DNA of 63,885 nt, filler included, from Olpidium bornovanus S191 (GCA_017911155.1; 31 parts of 31 records of this genome joined end to end with filler, not necessarily neighbours in it), one strand, 5' to 3'. Positions 1 through 12,945 are shown, numbered from the whole stretch's first letter. Numbers and translations are program-made. The notes: generated from the letters alone by a model not told the origin.

Positions 1-150
<150 letters not shown>

Positions 151-202
151 GGGGACAAAGCACAGGCTGAGTTTGCCCGTGCCGCAGGCCCCCTACTGAA
201 CC

Positions 203-463
203 ATGCAGTCCGTCACCTCCCAGGCTGTCCTCTCGCAGCTGCAGGCCGCCGCGGCCTTGCACGGCGCCGCGGCCGCGGGGGGCCTGTCGGCCGCGCAGTT
301 CGTGGGCGGGGGAGGTTCGGGCGGAGGCGGGGCCGGCGGCAGCGCGGACGTGTTCGGGGCTTGGGGGAGGGCGGCAGCGGCGGGCGTGCCGAACGCGGCG
401 AGCGGGGCGGCGATCCTGCAGCAGCTGATGGGCGGGGCCGGCGTCGCCGGCGGCGCTGCCGCT

Positions 464-500
<37 letters not shown>

Positions 501-1976
501 TGGCGAATTCAACGGCCGCGACGGCGGCGGTGCAGCAGCTGGACGAGGAGAAGGTTTACACCCTCGTGGCCGACCTCCTCGAACCCGCGACGCGGGAGGC
601 GGCTCTTCTCGAGTTGAGCAAGAAGAGGGAGCAGTTCGAGGACCTTCCTTTGATCCTCTGGCACTCCTTCGGTGAGCGGCGGCCGCGTTTTTTGTTTGTT
701 TGTTTCTTTTTTGGGATCGCCTTGCGCCGCGCGGCGGACCACGGGAAAAACGGGGGAGAGCGCCCGGGTTCGCGCAACGCCGGCAATTCCCGTTTCTATA
801 ACGTTTTTTTGCATACCAAAAACGCTCCAGGGGTCATGTCCACGCTGCTCCAAGAGATTGTCTCCGTGTACCCGCTTCTCAGTCCCCCAACGCTGACCGC
901 CCAGGCGTCGAACCGCGTGTGCAACGCGTTGGCGCTCCTTCAATGCGTCGCCAGTCACGTCGAAACGCGCGGCCTGTTCCTTAACGGTAAAATTTCTGGC
1001 GTATTATCCCCGTTTTGAACGTGCTCGCCGAAATGAAACCGACGGCAAAGCCGGCGAGGAAGTTTCCGATAACGTTCCTGCCGACTACGCCGCACGATCT
1101 CGAATGTTCAAAGCGCACATTCCCTTATTTCTGTATCCGTTTTTGAGCTCCACGAGCAAAATCCGGCCGTTCGAGTATTTGCGTCTGACGAGTCTGGGGG
1201 TAATTGGTGCTCTGGTGAAAGTGCGTAACGGCGTCCGGTTTTGTTGCGCGGGCGCGCCCGGTCGGTAAGGGGAGAATTAATCCGGCAGACTTGTTTTTCT
1301 CGGCCGAGCAGAACGACAGCTCGGAAGTCGTCAATTTTCTGCTCTCCACGGAGATTATCCCGCTCTGCTTGCGCATCATGGAAACCGGCTCGGAGCTGTC
1401 CAAGACGGTGGCGATATTCATTGTCCAGAAGATGCTGATGGATGACAGCGGCCTAGCGTATATCTGCCAGACCTACGAGCGCTTCTACGCGGTCGGAACA
1501 ATTCTCTCGAACATGGTCAGCCAGCTAGTTGAGGTAAGTTGAGTTCGCCGGGTTCTCCGGGCGAGACTGGTCGCAGGAACGACAATCGCGTGCCTCGGTT
1601 ACCCTCCCTGACCGCGAGACGGTGGCGTCAATAACAGACACAGGCCGTCAGACTCCTGAAGCACGTTGTCCGCTGCTACCTCCGACTCTCTGACAACCCG
1701 CGGGCGAGAGAGGCCCTCCGCCAGTGCCTCCCGGAGCCACTGCGGGACGGCACGTTTTCGCAAGTGCTAAAAGACGATGTGGTCACAAAAAGATGCCTCA
1801 CGCAGGTACGCCTGAGCTTCGCCGACTGGACCGTTTTGGTCGTGCCGACGCGTTGCACCGCGCAGCGTGATTGTTCGAGATTTTGGTTTTCTTGACCGCG
1901 CGTGGAGATTCACTTGCTCACGAAGCCAAACGCGCGCGCACAGCTCCTTGTCAACCTGTCCGATAACCAGCTCTGA
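203..1976 (+). CDS. RCD1: CCR4-NOT subunit 9 (Rcd1/Caf40/CNOT9), 6 exons, apparently complete
   Basis: GT-AG spliced exons approx 203-671, 831-986, 1114-1220, 1312-1533, 1638-1805, 1944-1976. They encode [120 protein letters not shown] and [32 protein letters not shown], all hallmark Rcd1 motifs. Confidence 0.97.
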
Positions 1977-2991
1977 GACGGGATCTCGGCCGCTGGCGGA
2001 CTCCGCGTGGCGTTTTAAAGATTCACGCGGGGCCACTGTCGATCTGGTCACAACCCACTGGATCCGAATGCTGCGCACTGCCGGCCGACGTCGTACCGTC
2101 CTTCTCTCCTCTTCCCATACTTCACGTTGAACCTTCTCCAAGCCGACAAGCGAGGGGGAAAAAAAACAGCACAAAAAAGCAAAACAAAAAAGGAGGCGCT
2201 GTTGATAAACCCTTGTGCGCACGAGGGCCTTTAACCTCCTCCCCGTTTCTCATTTCCATAGGCGTCCATTAATCCCGTTCTCCCCGCGCATGCTATGTAC
2301 TGCCAAGTCCTTGCCCCCCCCCCCCCCCGTTTATCCATTTTCTTTTGGTTTCATCATACTCCGAAGGCAAACTCACGCGTCCCTTTTTTATTTAGAAGAG
2401 ATTCACGCGTGCGGGACCACAAACCTTATGAAAGATTCCCCCCTCTCCCCCCGCTTCGCGGCACTTCGATTTTTTTTTTTTTCTCTTTTCCCCGCCACTC
2501 TCTGCTCTCTCGCTCTCTCTTCTTCTCTCTTTCTCTCAAGCCTTGCCGCTCTGCGTTGGATTGCACCCAGATATTGTTTCGAGGCTCATTTCCGGGCCGT
2601 AACAAATGTACACTCTCCTCGTCACCGCGGGCAAATTCCCACAATGCATTTGCGTTCTCCGTTTTACAAGGGGGGGGCGGGGGGGAGGTGTCTACACCCG
2701 GCCAGCAAAAAAAAAAAATAAATAAAAAATAAAAAAAAAAAAAACAAAAAAAACAATATAACGCACGCCCCCCCTCCCACACTTTCTCGGAAACACACCC
2801 CGCCTGCATTCTTCCCCCGCGCAGCCATGCTCCCCGCCAACAGCGCCGCGCTTGCGGCCACGCTGCCGCGTTTTAGCCTTGGGTGGGTGGGAGGGAAAGG
2901 GGGGGGGGGAGATGGGGGGCTGCCGCTCCGGCAGAAAGCGCGCGCGCAGGGGAGAAGAGGGTCGGGGGGGGCGGCGGTGGTTTTTTTTTTT

Positions 2992-3091
2992 NNNNNNNNN
3001 NNNNNNNNNNNNNNNNNNNNNNNNNNNNNNNNNNNTTAATTAATTAANNNNNNNNNNNNNNNNNNNNNNNNNNNNNNNNNNNNNNNNNNNN
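2992..3091. other. Artificial contig linker N44-TTAATTAATTAA-N44 (first of 30)
   Basis: The same 100-bp spacer, whose 12-mer has stops in all six frames, starts at about 2992, 5414, 7863, 10153, 12946, 14199, 16658, 17975, 20847, 22376, 24984, 27320, 28579, 30657, 33062, 34859, 37585, 39221, 40561, 42916, 44712, 46775, 49540, 50933, 52171, 54767, 56336, 57449, 58583 and 62685. Confidence 0.98.
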
Positions 3092-3092
3092 C

Positions 3093-3947
3093 ATGCCGGA
3101 CTGCGATCAGCAGGGTGCCGGAGACGGGACCGAAGGACGGGAAGCCGCTTCGCTGGCGAAACGGCGGGCAAGCGCCACATCGGAATCCCCGAAGGCGACC
3201 TCCTCGCGGCGTTCGAACAAGCGCGCGCGGCAGTCGTCTTCGTGCGCCAAACGCCCGGCGTCTTCGAGCGCGTCGGCCATCTGCGCGAGGAAGACGTCCG
3301 TCTGTTCCGCGGCGGCGGCGCTTGCCGCCGGCCGCGGCAGAACTCCCGGGGGAGGAGGAGCGGCCGCGCCGCGCCGGCGGCACAAGTCTGCCGGCAGCGG
3401 CAAGCCCGCGAACGGAGAGACCGAGGGAGCGGCGGCGGCGGCGGCGGCGGCGGCGACGCCGTGGGCCGTAGCCGCCGCCGCCTCGGCCACGCTGGCCGCG
3501 GGTCTGGCGGCCGCCGGCGAGCCGTCGCTGAAGCCGTGCACCCCGGCCACGGTCATGGACGCCATGGCGGACGTGTTCGACGACCTGAAGCTCATAGATT
3601 CGGACCCCCCGCCGGGCCTCGTCGGCAAGTTCCCGCTCCCTCCTCCGGGAGACCCCAGCGGGCCCGGCTTCCGGATCCGCCCGGCCAGGCCGGCACAGGG
3701 CCCCGCGCCTCAGCGCCGGCGCGGGAGCGGGGGCGGCGTCAAAGTCAAGACGGAGAAAGCCGTGCTGCCCGCGCGGGCGATACAGCCGCAGCCGCAGCAG
3801 GCCCAGACTCCGGTCCACCATCACCAGCAACCGTACCACTGCCAGCAGCAGCAGCAGCAGCACCACTCCCACCAGCACCCGTACCCGCAGTTCGTCCCGG
3901 CGGCGGTCGTGGCGCACCCGGATGCGGCGGCGGCGGCTGCGGCGGCT

Positions 3948-3985
<38 letters not shown>

Positions 3986-4532
3986 CTGCCCGGCGGAGAG
4001 GTATCACCACCACCTGTGCACGCCGATGGACTGCACCACCGTCATCGTCCCGGCCGGGGCGCACGGGATGATGATGCCATACCCGGCGCACGCCCACCAC
4101 CACCACCACCACCACCCCCACGCTCGCCACCAGCACCCGCCGTCGTACGTGCACTACCCGGTCGTGCACTCGTACGCCGTGTACCCCGGGGCCGCGGCCG
4201 CGCCGCCGCCGCCTCCGCCGCCGCCCCCGCCTCCGCCGCCGCACTCGCTGTTCCACCACCACCCGTACGCGGTCCAGGGGTCTTACTACCTGCCTTACTC
4301 CCCGCCGCCGCCGCCGCCGCCGCCGCCGCCTCCGCCGTCGACTGCGCCGTCCGCCGCCCACATGCCCCCCCCCCCGCGGCGGCTGCAGCTGGAGGCGGGC
4401 CCGGCGCCGCCACCCAAAGAGCACGGACGCCAAGCTGCCGCTCCTCCTCCCACGCGGACGCGCCTGGTGGCGAGGGCCGCGGCGGCAGCGTCGGCCAAGG
4501 AGGCGAGGAGGAGCGGCGCCACGGGATCCTAA
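3093..4532 (+). CDS. Hypothetical low-complexity protein (Ala/His/Pro/Gln/Tyr tracts), possibly 5'-partial
   Basis: 479-codon uninterrupted ORF with poly-A, poly-H, poly-P and poly-Q runs and strong C/G third positions. No recognisable domain. Confidence 0.55.
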
Positions 4533-5298
4533 GGGAGCCCTCCCTCCCCCCGCCCCTCCCGGCCGCAAATCGGCGACGGGACCGGAGGAACGCGGGGCTT
4601 TTCTCAACAACGGCGGGCGCAGGTCGGCCGCCGTTCCCCCCCCCCCCACCCTTCCACCCCCCCTATCGACGAGAGAGAAAGAGAGAGCAAGAGAGAGGGA
4701 TTACGCGAAACGTGCACCAAGCGTGCGGGAGCGGAGCACCCCAGGCCCCTCTCCTCCCCACCCCCCACCCGCCGTTTACTCCCAACTCCTTCGGGGAGGA
4801 GAGGAGAAGGGTCGGGGGGCGGGGGGGGGGGGGGGGGGGGGGGGGTCAGCCGCGACGACAACTGCGCCGGATCGTCCTCGTCGCTTATATCTCTTCTTCT
4901 TTTTTTTTTTCTTTTGTTTTGTATATTGCTCGTTAGTTTTTTTTCTGTTTTCCCCCTTTATACCTTCCCGGACCAGTTGGACGAGATTTTACACAAAACC
5001 GCCAAAAACGGGGGACAAGGGGGGGGGCCCTCGGGAGGAAGCGCGCGGTCTATCCCCGCTTACCCTTTTTTTTTTTTTTTTTTTTTTCCGGGGGATTTTT
5101 TTTTTTTTTTTTTTTTTTCCCCCCCCCCCCCCCCCCCCCCCCGAATCCGAGGAGCTGGGAGTTAAATTCCCCCTCTTTCCCCTGGCGCCAAATACCAGAA
5201 TTTTTCCGCCCCTCCCGTGGTCCCCATTTTTTTTTTCTCTTACTTCCCCGTTCCTCTTTCCCCTCCCTCCCCATATCTGTCTCCGGTTTCATACCTCT

Positions 5299-5408
<110 letters not shown>

Positions 5409-5883
5409 GGCGGNNNNNNNNNNNNNNNNNNNNNNNNNNNNNNNNNNNNNNNNNNNNTTAATTAATTAANNNNNNNNNNNNNNNNNNNNNNNNNNNNNNN
5501 NNNNNNNNNNNNNCATGCGTCAGTTCTCTTCGTCGAAGAGATGCAGACACGTGATCGTGCAGAAACAATTGCGACGATGACTCCCTGGCGCCCTCAATTT
5601 TGCTTTTGTGATTTCATTTTTTTGTTTTTTTTTTTTCTGGTCACGCGGCGGAGGAAACCCCCGGCCCCGCAGTGTAAGAACGGCGCAACCGCGCGCGCGC
5701 GCTCCCGCCCTCACTTACCGCCAAACGCAACCTTGCCTGCGCCTGCGCCTGCCCCTCCTCCCCGCCGCCGCCTCTCCGCTCTCCGGTTCTCCACCCGGCC
5801 CCGGCGGCGCTCGTTCTGCTCTCGCCTCGGGCCCGTGCCGCGGACACTTCTTTGGCTCCCAGCGCCTGCTGGACAGCGCGGCT

Positions 5884-6854
5884 ATGGCGGCCCTCGCCGA
5901 CGCCCTGCAGCCGGCCGCGTCCGAAGGCCCCGTCGCGGGGAGGGCGCTGTGCGGAGATTTATCGACGTTCAAAGGTGCTTCCCTTCCCCTCCTCTCTCTC
6001 TCCGCGCTTTCTCTTCCCCTCTCTTTCCTTCCCTTCGCGCGAGGGATGCGATCACCCTCACCGTGGATTGTGACACCGCCTTCCCGAATTTTCGTCTGCC
6101 CCCGTTCCGGCCGTCAGCATACATGAAAGACCTCCGAAGACTCGACGACAATATCATGAAGTACGCAGGACCCCCGTTCTCCTCCCTCTCGTCGACAGTG
6201 CGGCATCCCCCTTGTCCTCCCGTCTTCCGACCGACGGGTTGCGCAAAAAAAAAAATCCGACGGCTCACCCCGGTTTGACCTGCCTCACTCCGCCTTTCCC
6301 ACCAGCAAGTTGAACACAACGAACACGACTTCCGATGCGGCGTGCGCCGACTTCTTCAAGCAGATCATCAACTCGTACGCCAGCCGATCAAAAGTTATCA
6401 AGGAGTGCCTGAAGGTGCGCCCCTCCCGCAAAGCCGCTTCTCGGTCCGGGGTTTGGAACGACGGACTTTGACTCGTCTGCTGACTGGCGTTTTCCCCCGA
6501 ACCCCCGGACAGTTGGCGGACGGCGACCTCTTGGAAACACGCAGTGAGTACGACGACGAGCCGGACAACCAAATACTGAGGTCCAAGCTCTGGAGCGCGG
6601 AGACCAAGGTGTGAACTGTGGCCCACGTCCCACTAGTGCCCCCCCCCCCCACTCCCTCCCATCCCCCGGGCCCGTCTCGCCCTCCTGACGGCTCGGTTAT
6701 CACTTTTATTTTTTGCCGCGCGGACCCGACGAAGCGGAACATGGTCGCAAACGAGTCCAAGGTCGAGGACATAATCCGCGGCCGGACGCTCAAGGCATTC
6801 CACGAGCGGTGTCGCCTGTTTCAAATTCCCGAAGAGTTCTATTCCAGCAGATGA
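5884..6854 (+). CDS. MIX23: Mitochondrial intermembrane-space protein Mix23 / CCDC58 (Cid2 family), 5 exons
   Basis: Spliced product CGDLSTFKAYMKDLRRLDDNIM-KLNTT..AACADFFKQIINSYASRSKVIKECLK..KLWSAETKRNMVANESKVEDIIRGRTLKAFHERCRLF parallels CCDC58 ([50 protein letters not shown]). Confidence 0.88.
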
Positions 6855-7962
6855 AAAAAAAAGTGCCCGGTTCGCGCGTGGGCCGCTCTGGTCGGAAGCG
6901 CTCGCGTTTCTTACACACCGCAACACTCTCTCGCGTTTATTTGCACACGCAACAATTCCCCCCTTCCCCGCCCAAGGCATTGTATCTAACGCCAATCGCA
7001 ACAATAGAGCGCGTTTCCCTTTTTTTGGAAAACGCGCCGGCGAAAAAAATCTACCCCGTCGGGGTATCGAGCGCCGGCTTGCGCTGCGCCCTTATCAACG
7101 GGACGTCATTAAACCCGGCTGTCCGATGGTGTCCCCCCCCCTCCGTTCCTTCCCCCGCGGACGTCTGCGCGCAGGGGGAAGGTGGCCGCCGAAAAAGCGA
7201 ACGCGCAACACGGAAACGCGGCGCGGCGTTGGTAAACCGTTTTCGCGGCCGGGAGCGCGCCGTCTGCATTCGCAGACGGCGTTGTTGTCCTGCGGCACCT
7301 GCTGGCGTGGAGGCAAGCGTCAGTTGGGGCGCAAATTCGAACCTTGAACTTCTGCCACAGCGGCAGATACAATTTGAGCATTTCTGTCCCCAGATTTAAC
7401 CGGTCTCCGCAGGTAGTCTGCGTTGAATGAAACGAGTCTTGCGGAGGATGGCACGTTTTGTTCGCGAGCGCTTTTCGTCGTCGGCAATTCCGACCGATAT
7501 CTTCGCGGCGGCGGCGCTTCATCGAATTTTCACGCTGGCCGGCTCTTCTCCCCCGCCCCTTGGTTCTAATTGGCTATGCTGCATCCGTTGCATGTTTTTG
7601 GTGCCGGAGGCCCGTGAGACTCGAGTCGGCTGGTTGCCGCTTGTAGCCGACACTCAGCTGCCACGTCCCTTTCCCTGGACGAAACCGGCACGTCCAGACC
7701 CATCCCGATGACCGCGGAGAGAGAGACCATGACACCCGTCGCATGCGCGGTGTTCGCCGAACGCCTCGCATCCCGATGCCCCCCCCCCGAGTTGCGATCG
7801 GGATGTTTACCGCAGCCGGGATGGGGCGTGCGGGGGTGCGGGGCAAGGGGATCTGGGCTCCGNNNNNNNNNNNNNNNNNNNNNNNNNNNNNNNNNNNNNN
7901 NNNNNNTTAATTAATTAANNNNNNNNNNNNNNNNNNNNNNNNNNNNNNNNNNNNNNNNNNNN

Positions 7963-9760
7963 CATGAATTCGAATAAAGAAAAAGCGAACAAAATTCGGC
8001 TTTTTTTTGTTTCGCGCGGGGTTTTGCGGGGCTTGGGGACGATGGGTTCGCAAAAAGTAAATGTGATGAAATTTCGGGCGGTCGGTGGGGTGGGTGTTTG
8101 CCCGTCATCGTCACAGGCGGCGACGCACATCGACCGTTGGCGGTTGCACCTGCAGTACCGCAAGCTTGCGGGTGCCAATCCGGCCGAGGGCACCGAGAGC
8201 AGTCCCCAGCAGGACAACCAGGGCCTTTACACCATGGACGAACTCGCGGCCAACGTTTCTGAGAACTGCGAGGGGAAGCGCACCAGGCAGTTTATACGCA
8301 CGTAAGGAGGCCCCCGCGCGCAGTTAAAAAAATAAATGTTGGGCTATATCCGGTTTCTTCACAGCAACCTTTTTTTTTTTTTTTTTTTTTTTTTTCTTTG
8401 CTGTTGTGGTGGCGTGTGTCCGTTTTTTCTCCCCAGCTCCCCGCCGTGCCTCCCGCCAAAGAAGATGGACCCCAGGAGCGCGGTGGAAGATTTAAGCTAC
8501 CTCATCGGCGAATATGCCGTGACCTCCTCGATCGACGCCGAGCACGGGCAGCGCTTCGCGTACGAGGTCGAAACCATATTCGAGCGGGGGTTCAAGTCGG
8601 GCCTGTTGTTCAATTTCGACCTTGCGAGCCTGCCGCAGGCGGACAAGGACGCTCAGCAGAGGGCGGCGGATCCCGCGAGCGAAAAGAAGGAGCCGCAAGT
8701 CGGTGAGTAAAAAGCAGAAATCGAAAAAAGGTTGCCTTGAGCAGGAAACTTTTTTGATTTTCCGCCCGCCCCTGTTGCTTCTCCCGTCAATCGACCGGTC
8801 GCCGTATCGGCGGCCACCGCGGTTTTTCTCGGGAAAATCCTCCGACGAACGGCCCTTTCCCCCCTTCCCCGGCCGCTTTGGCGGAGGTTGCACACAGGGT
8901 TTTCGCTCGTGGCCGCCGATTGGGTGGACGATTTGCCCGTCCGCGGACGCACGGAGGGCTGGCAGGATGAGCAGAAATACAAACTGAAAAAGGTGAGCGT
9001 CGACCACCCCCAATCTAATCATTAATAATTAAATAGCATTTAAGATCCCCCCCCCCTTCCCCCTCGTCGCGATCGTCGGAAAAACCGCCGTGCCGAGAAT
9101 ACCGATGCCGGTTCCCCGCTCCCCACCTCCTTTTTGTAGGAAATGATCGAGGTTGACTTCGAGCTGCGCTACGACCACGATCTGATGTGTTCGTTGGATC
9201 TGGAGAGCACCCGGTCGCGGCTGAAGGGCCGGGCAAGGAAGCTGTACGGGGAGCCTGCCGTGGAAGTCGCCGCAAAGCAGGCGCCGAAGCGGATGGGGAC
9301 GTCTCCGTTTTCGACCGCCCGGGCAGCGGAAGCCGGGCCAAAGACGGAAGCCGCGGAGACCACGTCGGAGAGCACCCGTTAGTGACCAACTCGATGCGGG
9401 CTTCTTTTTTTTTGTTTTCTTTTTTTGGTTTTGGTATTGGCGGAGGCGGTATAGTTGTCTGAGTGCCTGTTGTTATGCCAACGTCCGACTGACAACTGTT
9501 AAGGGAAATCCAGGAGGAAGAGAGGAACAACCCGTACCAGACGCATCGAGGTGTCCGGACGAAGGCTTGCATCAGCGTCTCAGGACGTTCGAAAACCTCC
9601 AGAAGAATTACGCTGCTTCGAAGGGGCGCACCGCCCCTAAGTCGACTGCGGCAAAAGAGGTGTCGTGGCGACAAAGCCCGTTGGCCCGGGCAGAGCGTTT
9701 GGGGCGTTTCCAACGGCGTTACCGCATCTTAAGCGGCGCTGAATTGACCCCGATCCGCTC

Positions 9761-9838
<78 letters not shown>

Positions 9839-10105
9839 ACCGGGCAACTTTCGCAGCCGGATTTCAGAGACGTCTTCAGCGAGCACGAAATGTGCGCGTT
9901 TTTCTTTTTGAGGTTCCTCAAAACTCGAGATCTTCGCGAGACGCTGGCGGGCCAGCTGAACTTCTGCCGCTCTGTTCAGAAGCGCCTGGCGGCAGAGGTA
10001 CGGAAAAAGAAAAACCCCCCTCGCAATAAAAACCGCAGCCCTTCGGCGCGCGCGTGCGATTCCGGGTTTTGCCGCCCTCTCCCTCACGAACAGATCGCAA
10101 ACTGA
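7963..10105 (+). CDS. Hypothetical multi-exon protein (5'-partial), no family recognised
   Basis: Several complex-sequence blocks are bounded by AG/GT and separated by homopolymer-rich introns (HIDRWRLHLQYRKL; AVEDLSYLIGEY..FAYEVETIFERGFKSGLLFNF; EMIEVDFELRYDHDLMCSLDL; FLKTRDLRETLAGQLNFCRSVQKRLAAE; terminal IAN*). Confidence 0.55.
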
Positions 10106-10252
10106 CCGTTGCCAAAAACTAGCTGCGACCTGACAAAAGGCTAAAAAACATGNNNNNNNNNNNNNNNNNNNNNNNNNNNNNNNNNNNNNNNNNNNNTTAA
10201 TTAATTAANNNNNNNNNNNNNNNNNNNNNNNNNNNNNNNNNNNNNNNNNNNN

Positions 10253-11238
10253 AACAGAACTCTTATTTGAAAACCCTGCTCTCGTGGCGTCATATTCACC
10301 GTAAATCATCCCGGTGGGGTTTTGCGGACTTTCGACCCAGAGGAGGTCGCCGGCGGCCAGCTGGTCATTCATGTCCAGAATTTCCTTGCGGTGACGAAAG
10401 GGGCAAGGGTAGGTGGAAGCGGGTGCGGCGAAGAGCGACGACATTAACCACTTTGCTGCGGTTTGCTCAAAAAAAAAGCAGGTGTGTGGGAAACGAAAGG
10501 GGAAAGGAGGGGAAAAAAAAAAAAAAAAAAAAAAAAAGAATCGATTTGCGGAGAGGACAAAAGCCACGCCCTTTTTGGAAACAACACGCATCGAAAAGAG
10601 AGAAAAAAAACGTCCCCGCTCACCACCGGCGACAATTTCGAGAACAGTTCGAGCGTAGCGTGGGTGCCGTGGTACCCGTCGCGTATGGCCACGCGCCGGG
10701 GGGCATAGTGGACCAGCGCGGCAAAGACGGCGGCGATCCCGTTCGAGTAGGTGACCGCGTAACCTAAAATTCCGCGGGGAAAGACGGCATCGCTTTATAA
10801 TTTTTATTTTTTTTTTTCAAGTTTGGCCCTTCTTGTCCTGAACGGGTGGGGAGGGGACGTGGACCACCGCCGCTGCCTTTTTGTGTTTTATTTTTTTTTT
10901 TTGTTGCTTTCCTAAGAAAACACTTCGGTTGCGCTGGATACGGGCGGGAAAAAACCCGCGCACGCCCGCGCAACACACGCTCACTCACCTCCGTCGATTT
11001 GGCCCAAAACGGCCTCGACGCGGTCCCGCACGGGCTGCTCTCCCCTGGAGTAGACGTAAGCCTTGCCCGTCGGCGGCGTCGGGCGCGGGGACCCCACAGC
11101 TTCCGCCGGGGCGTATTCGAAAGTCGTCGAGACGTGCAGCGGCACGGCGACGTCGGTGGCGGGGCAGCCCCTCCAGCCGTCGTCCGCGTGCAGGGCGGCG
11201 GTCGCCGGCATCAGCGAAACTGCGGGCGTTTGCTGCAT
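10253..11238 (-). CDS. Cys/Met metabolism PLP-dependent enzyme (cystathionine gamma-synthase/lyase family), 3'-partial
   Basis: TAALHADD..DVAVPLHVSTTF, YVYSRGEQPVRDRVEAVLG, AVTYSNGIAAVFAAL, GYHGT and LLWVESPQNPTG are family motifs, spread over GT-AG exons. Confidence 0.9.
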
Positions 11239-11587
11239 CTTAAAAGAGAGGCGGCGGGGTACGCCGTTGCACAAGGGAGTCCGGGGGAGGGTGGAATGCA
11301 AAGACCTGGACCCGCTATGTTTCTCTCAAAGCGGGCTGGCGCGAGTTACACGCCCGTTCGTTCTTCCTCGGCAGCAGCAGCAGCAGCAGCAGCGGGGCAA
11401 AGCGACAAAACCACACACACACACAACAATCCTCCTCCCCCCTCCTGCTTGCGCCTCCGCCCCGCGAGAGCGAAGAGTTTTGATTCTGGAGACCGGAAGG
11501 AAGGCGGATGTGCAGCGGGCCCGCGAGAGGAAGGACGGAAAAAAAAAGAATTTTATTAGGGGCGTAACGACGCGGTCTTTTTAGACC

Positions 11588-11803
11588 TGTTCTATATGAC
11601 GGGGAACTAGTATTACAAAGGGAATACAGAGGGTGGTGTGCACGGTGCACTCAAGCTTCGGTCCCCATTTATTTTACCCCTATGTTCCCTAAACCCCGCT
11701 TCGCCGAGTGCACCGAACGCCCATGGTACTCTTGAATCTACTCTATTTTCCTTTGGCATTGTGAGCACTCGGCGGTTTAAAGATTTGACTCTTGACCTGA
11801 ACA
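11588..11803. mobile_element. Candidate LTR (216 bp) adjoining the copia remnant
   Basis: Begins TGTTC (11588) and ends GAACA (11803), a 5-bp terminal inverted repeat with TG..CA ends, directly 3' of the minus-strand RNase H. No clear PPT or target-site duplication. Confidence 0.4.
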
Positions 11804-11849
11804 TCAGTCGCGTGTAATTGCAACGGGACGCACCTGAAGCATGCCCGTT

Positions 11850-12945
11850 GATTTGAGAATTAACGCAGATGATGATGCCTGATGTCTATGTGTTTGGACT
11901 GTCGTTACATCTTGGCGTCGGAAAAAATTGCAGTCCTAGTATTGTTGGTTCGGAGGGTAGTCGGTGCGACCATCGCCTGGGCCTCGAGGCAATGCAGTAC
12001 GGAACAAATCAATTGAATCTTTTGAGCAGCGGCTGATCCTAAAACGAATTTTGCCTCACATGAGGACGTGGTGATGCATCTCTGTCTGGCCGACTTCCAG
12101 GGAATCGTTTCTCCATGGTACATCAATACAAATCAGGCCTTGGATGTGCGTGTCTCGCTGCACCTAGCCCAATCAGTGTCATGTGTGATAACGCTGTCGC
12201 TTGCGCTCGCTGCACCTAGCCCAATCAGTGTCATAACGCGTGATAACGCTGTCGCTTGCGTCCGAAGGTCCTGCAAAGCGCATTCCATGGTTGCTCGTGC
12301 CCTTGAGGTAGTGCAGAATTCTTTTGGCGGCCGTGCCGATGCTTTTGCACGGGCGTTGCGCAGAACCGGTTATCTCGGTTACACACACCTCTTGGAGTGC
12401 CGCTCTGGTCGGGAACTTCCTGCTGTAGGAGAAAGGTCAGTTTGCATTCGCGCCTGTTGCTGCGCAAGGTGCGCGCGCAGCTCTCGAGTTTCTGAAAACT
12501 GGCTGTGGGTGCGCCTTGGCCTCGCAACCTCTGGATGGTGTTATGGTCACGCGTTTTAGTGCCGTTCGGCCTTTGGTGTTTTCGATAGGGAGACGGCATG
12601 TTTCTTTGTGCGCTGCGCATATCCAACAGGAAACATGGGAGGGGGTTCCCCAAATCACAACGCCTCGACCTTCCCGCCGTCAAAATGGCAACAGTGCGAC
12701 AAACTCCCTCGCACTCGGTCTAACTTGCTCGGTTGTGCATTCTGCAGATTTGGATGCGATGTCATCATTCCAGTTGCTTTAACGCCGCGGTGCGGTCGGG
12801 CAGAGTGGGGAGGGAAGGAAGGGGGGCATGTGGGGAGGTGGGTGTGGAGGACCCGGATAGAGACGCACAAATGGTATATCATACGAAAACTTGCGTGGGG
12901 ACGGCGAAAGCTCACGAAGAATGCGAGGGTGGAACGCGTCGAAAC
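11850..12945 (-). mobile_element. Degenerate Ty1/copia RT-RNase H remnant
   Basis: AAKRILHYLKGTSNHGMRF, YDTDWA and TIPWKSARQRCITTSSCEAKFV are copia RT-end/RNase H motifs, broken by stops and frameshifts. Confidence 0.88.
12154..12260. repeat. Tandem duplication, 52 bp + 55 bp
   Basis: ctcgctgcacctagcccaatcagtgtcat...tgataacgctgtcgcttgcg occurs twice head-to-tail (12154 and 12206). Confidence 0.92.

Noticed and set aside
3036-4936. Long overlapping ORFs in other frames/strands (e.g. 3036-4649, 3242-4936, 18825-20369, 18848-20833, 39683-40612, 43370-44650, 52219-53637)
   Set aside because: They are Arg/Gly/Pro-rich shadow frames of GC-rich coding exons, with no motifs of their own.
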